A stretch of DNA of 64,000 bases from a virus, in the IMG/VR virus record IMGVR_UViG_3300010885_077086, positions 16,776 to 80,775 of that record. One strand, 5' to 3'. Of the stretch, positions 63,280 to 64,000 are shown piece by piece (the first letter of the stretch is position 1; every line of letters begins with the position of its first letter). Position numbers and translations under genes: made by a program. Below the pieces are notes generated by a model that saw nothing but the letters and a program-made list of their open reading frames with translations, was not told where the DNA came from and made no database searches.

Positions 63280-64000
63280 CTAACAGAGTCTCTCCATAAC
63301 CTCGACATACCGGCTAAAATAGTTTTCTGCTAGCATTGACTTAAATTCAAACTTTTCAAATTCTATTTCAAGCTCTTCTGCCGAAAACATGCCATTATAA
63401 ATATGAAACTGAGACTCTACGGGCTTCATATCGGCAAACTTTACCAAATTATAGCTATGACTATACTGTTCTAAGCTGTCTTGTGAAGACATTTTCTTAT
63501 CCCAAAGGGCCTTATCCTTTAGCATCTTTACGGCACCAACCTTACCAACTCCTTTTACGCCAGGAATATTGTCGGTTTTATCTCCAGTAAGTGCTTTAAA
63601 CTTTGCATAGTCTACTTCAAGCTTCTCTCTAAACTGCTGAGAAACCGGATTCCAAAGCTTTACCTTGTCCGAAATGTCAAGAGCTTGAATAAAGTCTGTA
63701 TCAGATGATACAATTACATTATCTCCCTCTATGGTGGTTGCAAGATGGGCCAAAATATCATCGCACTCATAGTCTGGATGGTAAACTGTGGTGAATGGAA
63801 GGATCTCTTTTGCAAGGCGAATGATCTCTCTCTTCTGCTTATGAAAGGAAGCCCAATAAGTCTCCTCTTCTTCGGAAAGTCCCTCTTGCTTTCGGTTTGC
63901 TTTATACTCAGAGTCCATTTGGAGCCTTGCTTTTGGTGCTCCATCGAGAATAAAGTATACCTTTTTTGGAGAGAATTTCTCTAAAATTGGTCGAATTGAC
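63280..64000 (-). CDS. 5'-3' exonuclease / T4 RNase H-like flap nuclease (5'-partial)
   Basis: FILDG, YKANR, ECDD, SSDTD, GDKTDNIPGVKGVG; frame open to window edge. Confidence 0.9.
   Translation of the reverse strand, partial: SIRPILEKFSPKKVYFILDGAPKARLQMDSEYKANRKQEGLSEEEETYWASFHKQKREIIRLAKEILPFTTVYHPDYECDDILAHLATTIEGDNVIVSSDTDFIQALDISDKVKLWNPVSQQFREKLEVDYAKFKALTGDKTDNIPGVKGVGKVGAVKMLKDKALWDKKMSSQDSLEQYSHSYNLVKFADMKPVESQFHIYNGMFSAEELEIEFEKFEFKSMLAENYFSRYVEVMERLC

Noticed and set aside
1-64000. CRISPR array, cas genes, retron or DGR reverse transcriptase
   Set aside because: No regularly spaced repeats and no RT or Cas motifs in any ORF; the repeated intergenic motifs are dispersed promoters
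1-64000. Stop-codon reassignment (alternative genetic code)
   Set aside because: Conserved genes are full length under code 11 and all three stops end genes at expected positions; the single TAG at 8791-8793 is better explained by a frameshift
1-64000. Cellular (bacterial chromosome) origin suggested by serS, lysS, infA, glmM, clpP
   Set aside because: These genes are isolated among many small hypotheticals, T4-like ligases, homing endonucleases and lysins, with no bacterial operon context; no capsid gene is in the window, so phage origin is strongly inferred but not proven

Overview
This AT-rich window (roughly 35% GC by eye) is densely coding and looks like part of a large or jumbo dsDNA bacteriophage genome using the standard genetic code. 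Most genes are on the minus strand in small-gene arrays behind a repeated sigma70-like promoter (TTGAC-N12-GTG[C/A]TTA[T/G]ATTAT, at least 13 copies, several set inside sequence-variable hairpins). They encode DNA/RNA metabolism (UvsE, ATP-dependent DNA ligase, T4-like RNA ligase, 5'-3' exonuclease/RNase H, two deaminases, DEDD exonuclease), translation (LysRS, SerRS, IF-1, SpoU methylase, an ArfA-like peptide), proteostasis (ClpP, AAA ATPase, thioredoxin) and metabolism (cytochrome c peroxidase, acyl-CoA dehydrogenase). A second, interspersed gene class sits behind a different motif (TACTAAT / CTATTA, inferred late promoter). It includes three peptidoglycan hydrolases, two ADP-ribosyltransferase-like proteins, SOD, GlmM, cyanophycinase and probable virion proteins. 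A CglF/GltF-like gliding protein next to an Flp pilin, plus several short-signal lipoproteins, points to a Myxococcota or Bdellovibrionota host. The best candidates for undescribed systems are: (1) a shared amphipathic 'L-x-K-I-A...G-F-x-K-E-A...I-I-K-x-A' module on many unrelated late proteins (possible capsid-targeting or maturation tag); (2) a dispersed family of about 11 small proteins sharing a C-terminal 'P-x-x-x-[ED]-W-x-L-F-N' motif; (3) hairpin-embedded promoters; (4) T4-style hairpin/late-promoter translational locks on two free-standing homing endonucleases; (5) a phage-borne Flp pilin plus gliding-motility gene pair. I found no CRISPR array, canonical tRNA, rRNA or reverse transcriptase. 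All family assignments come from motifs read by eye; no searches were run.
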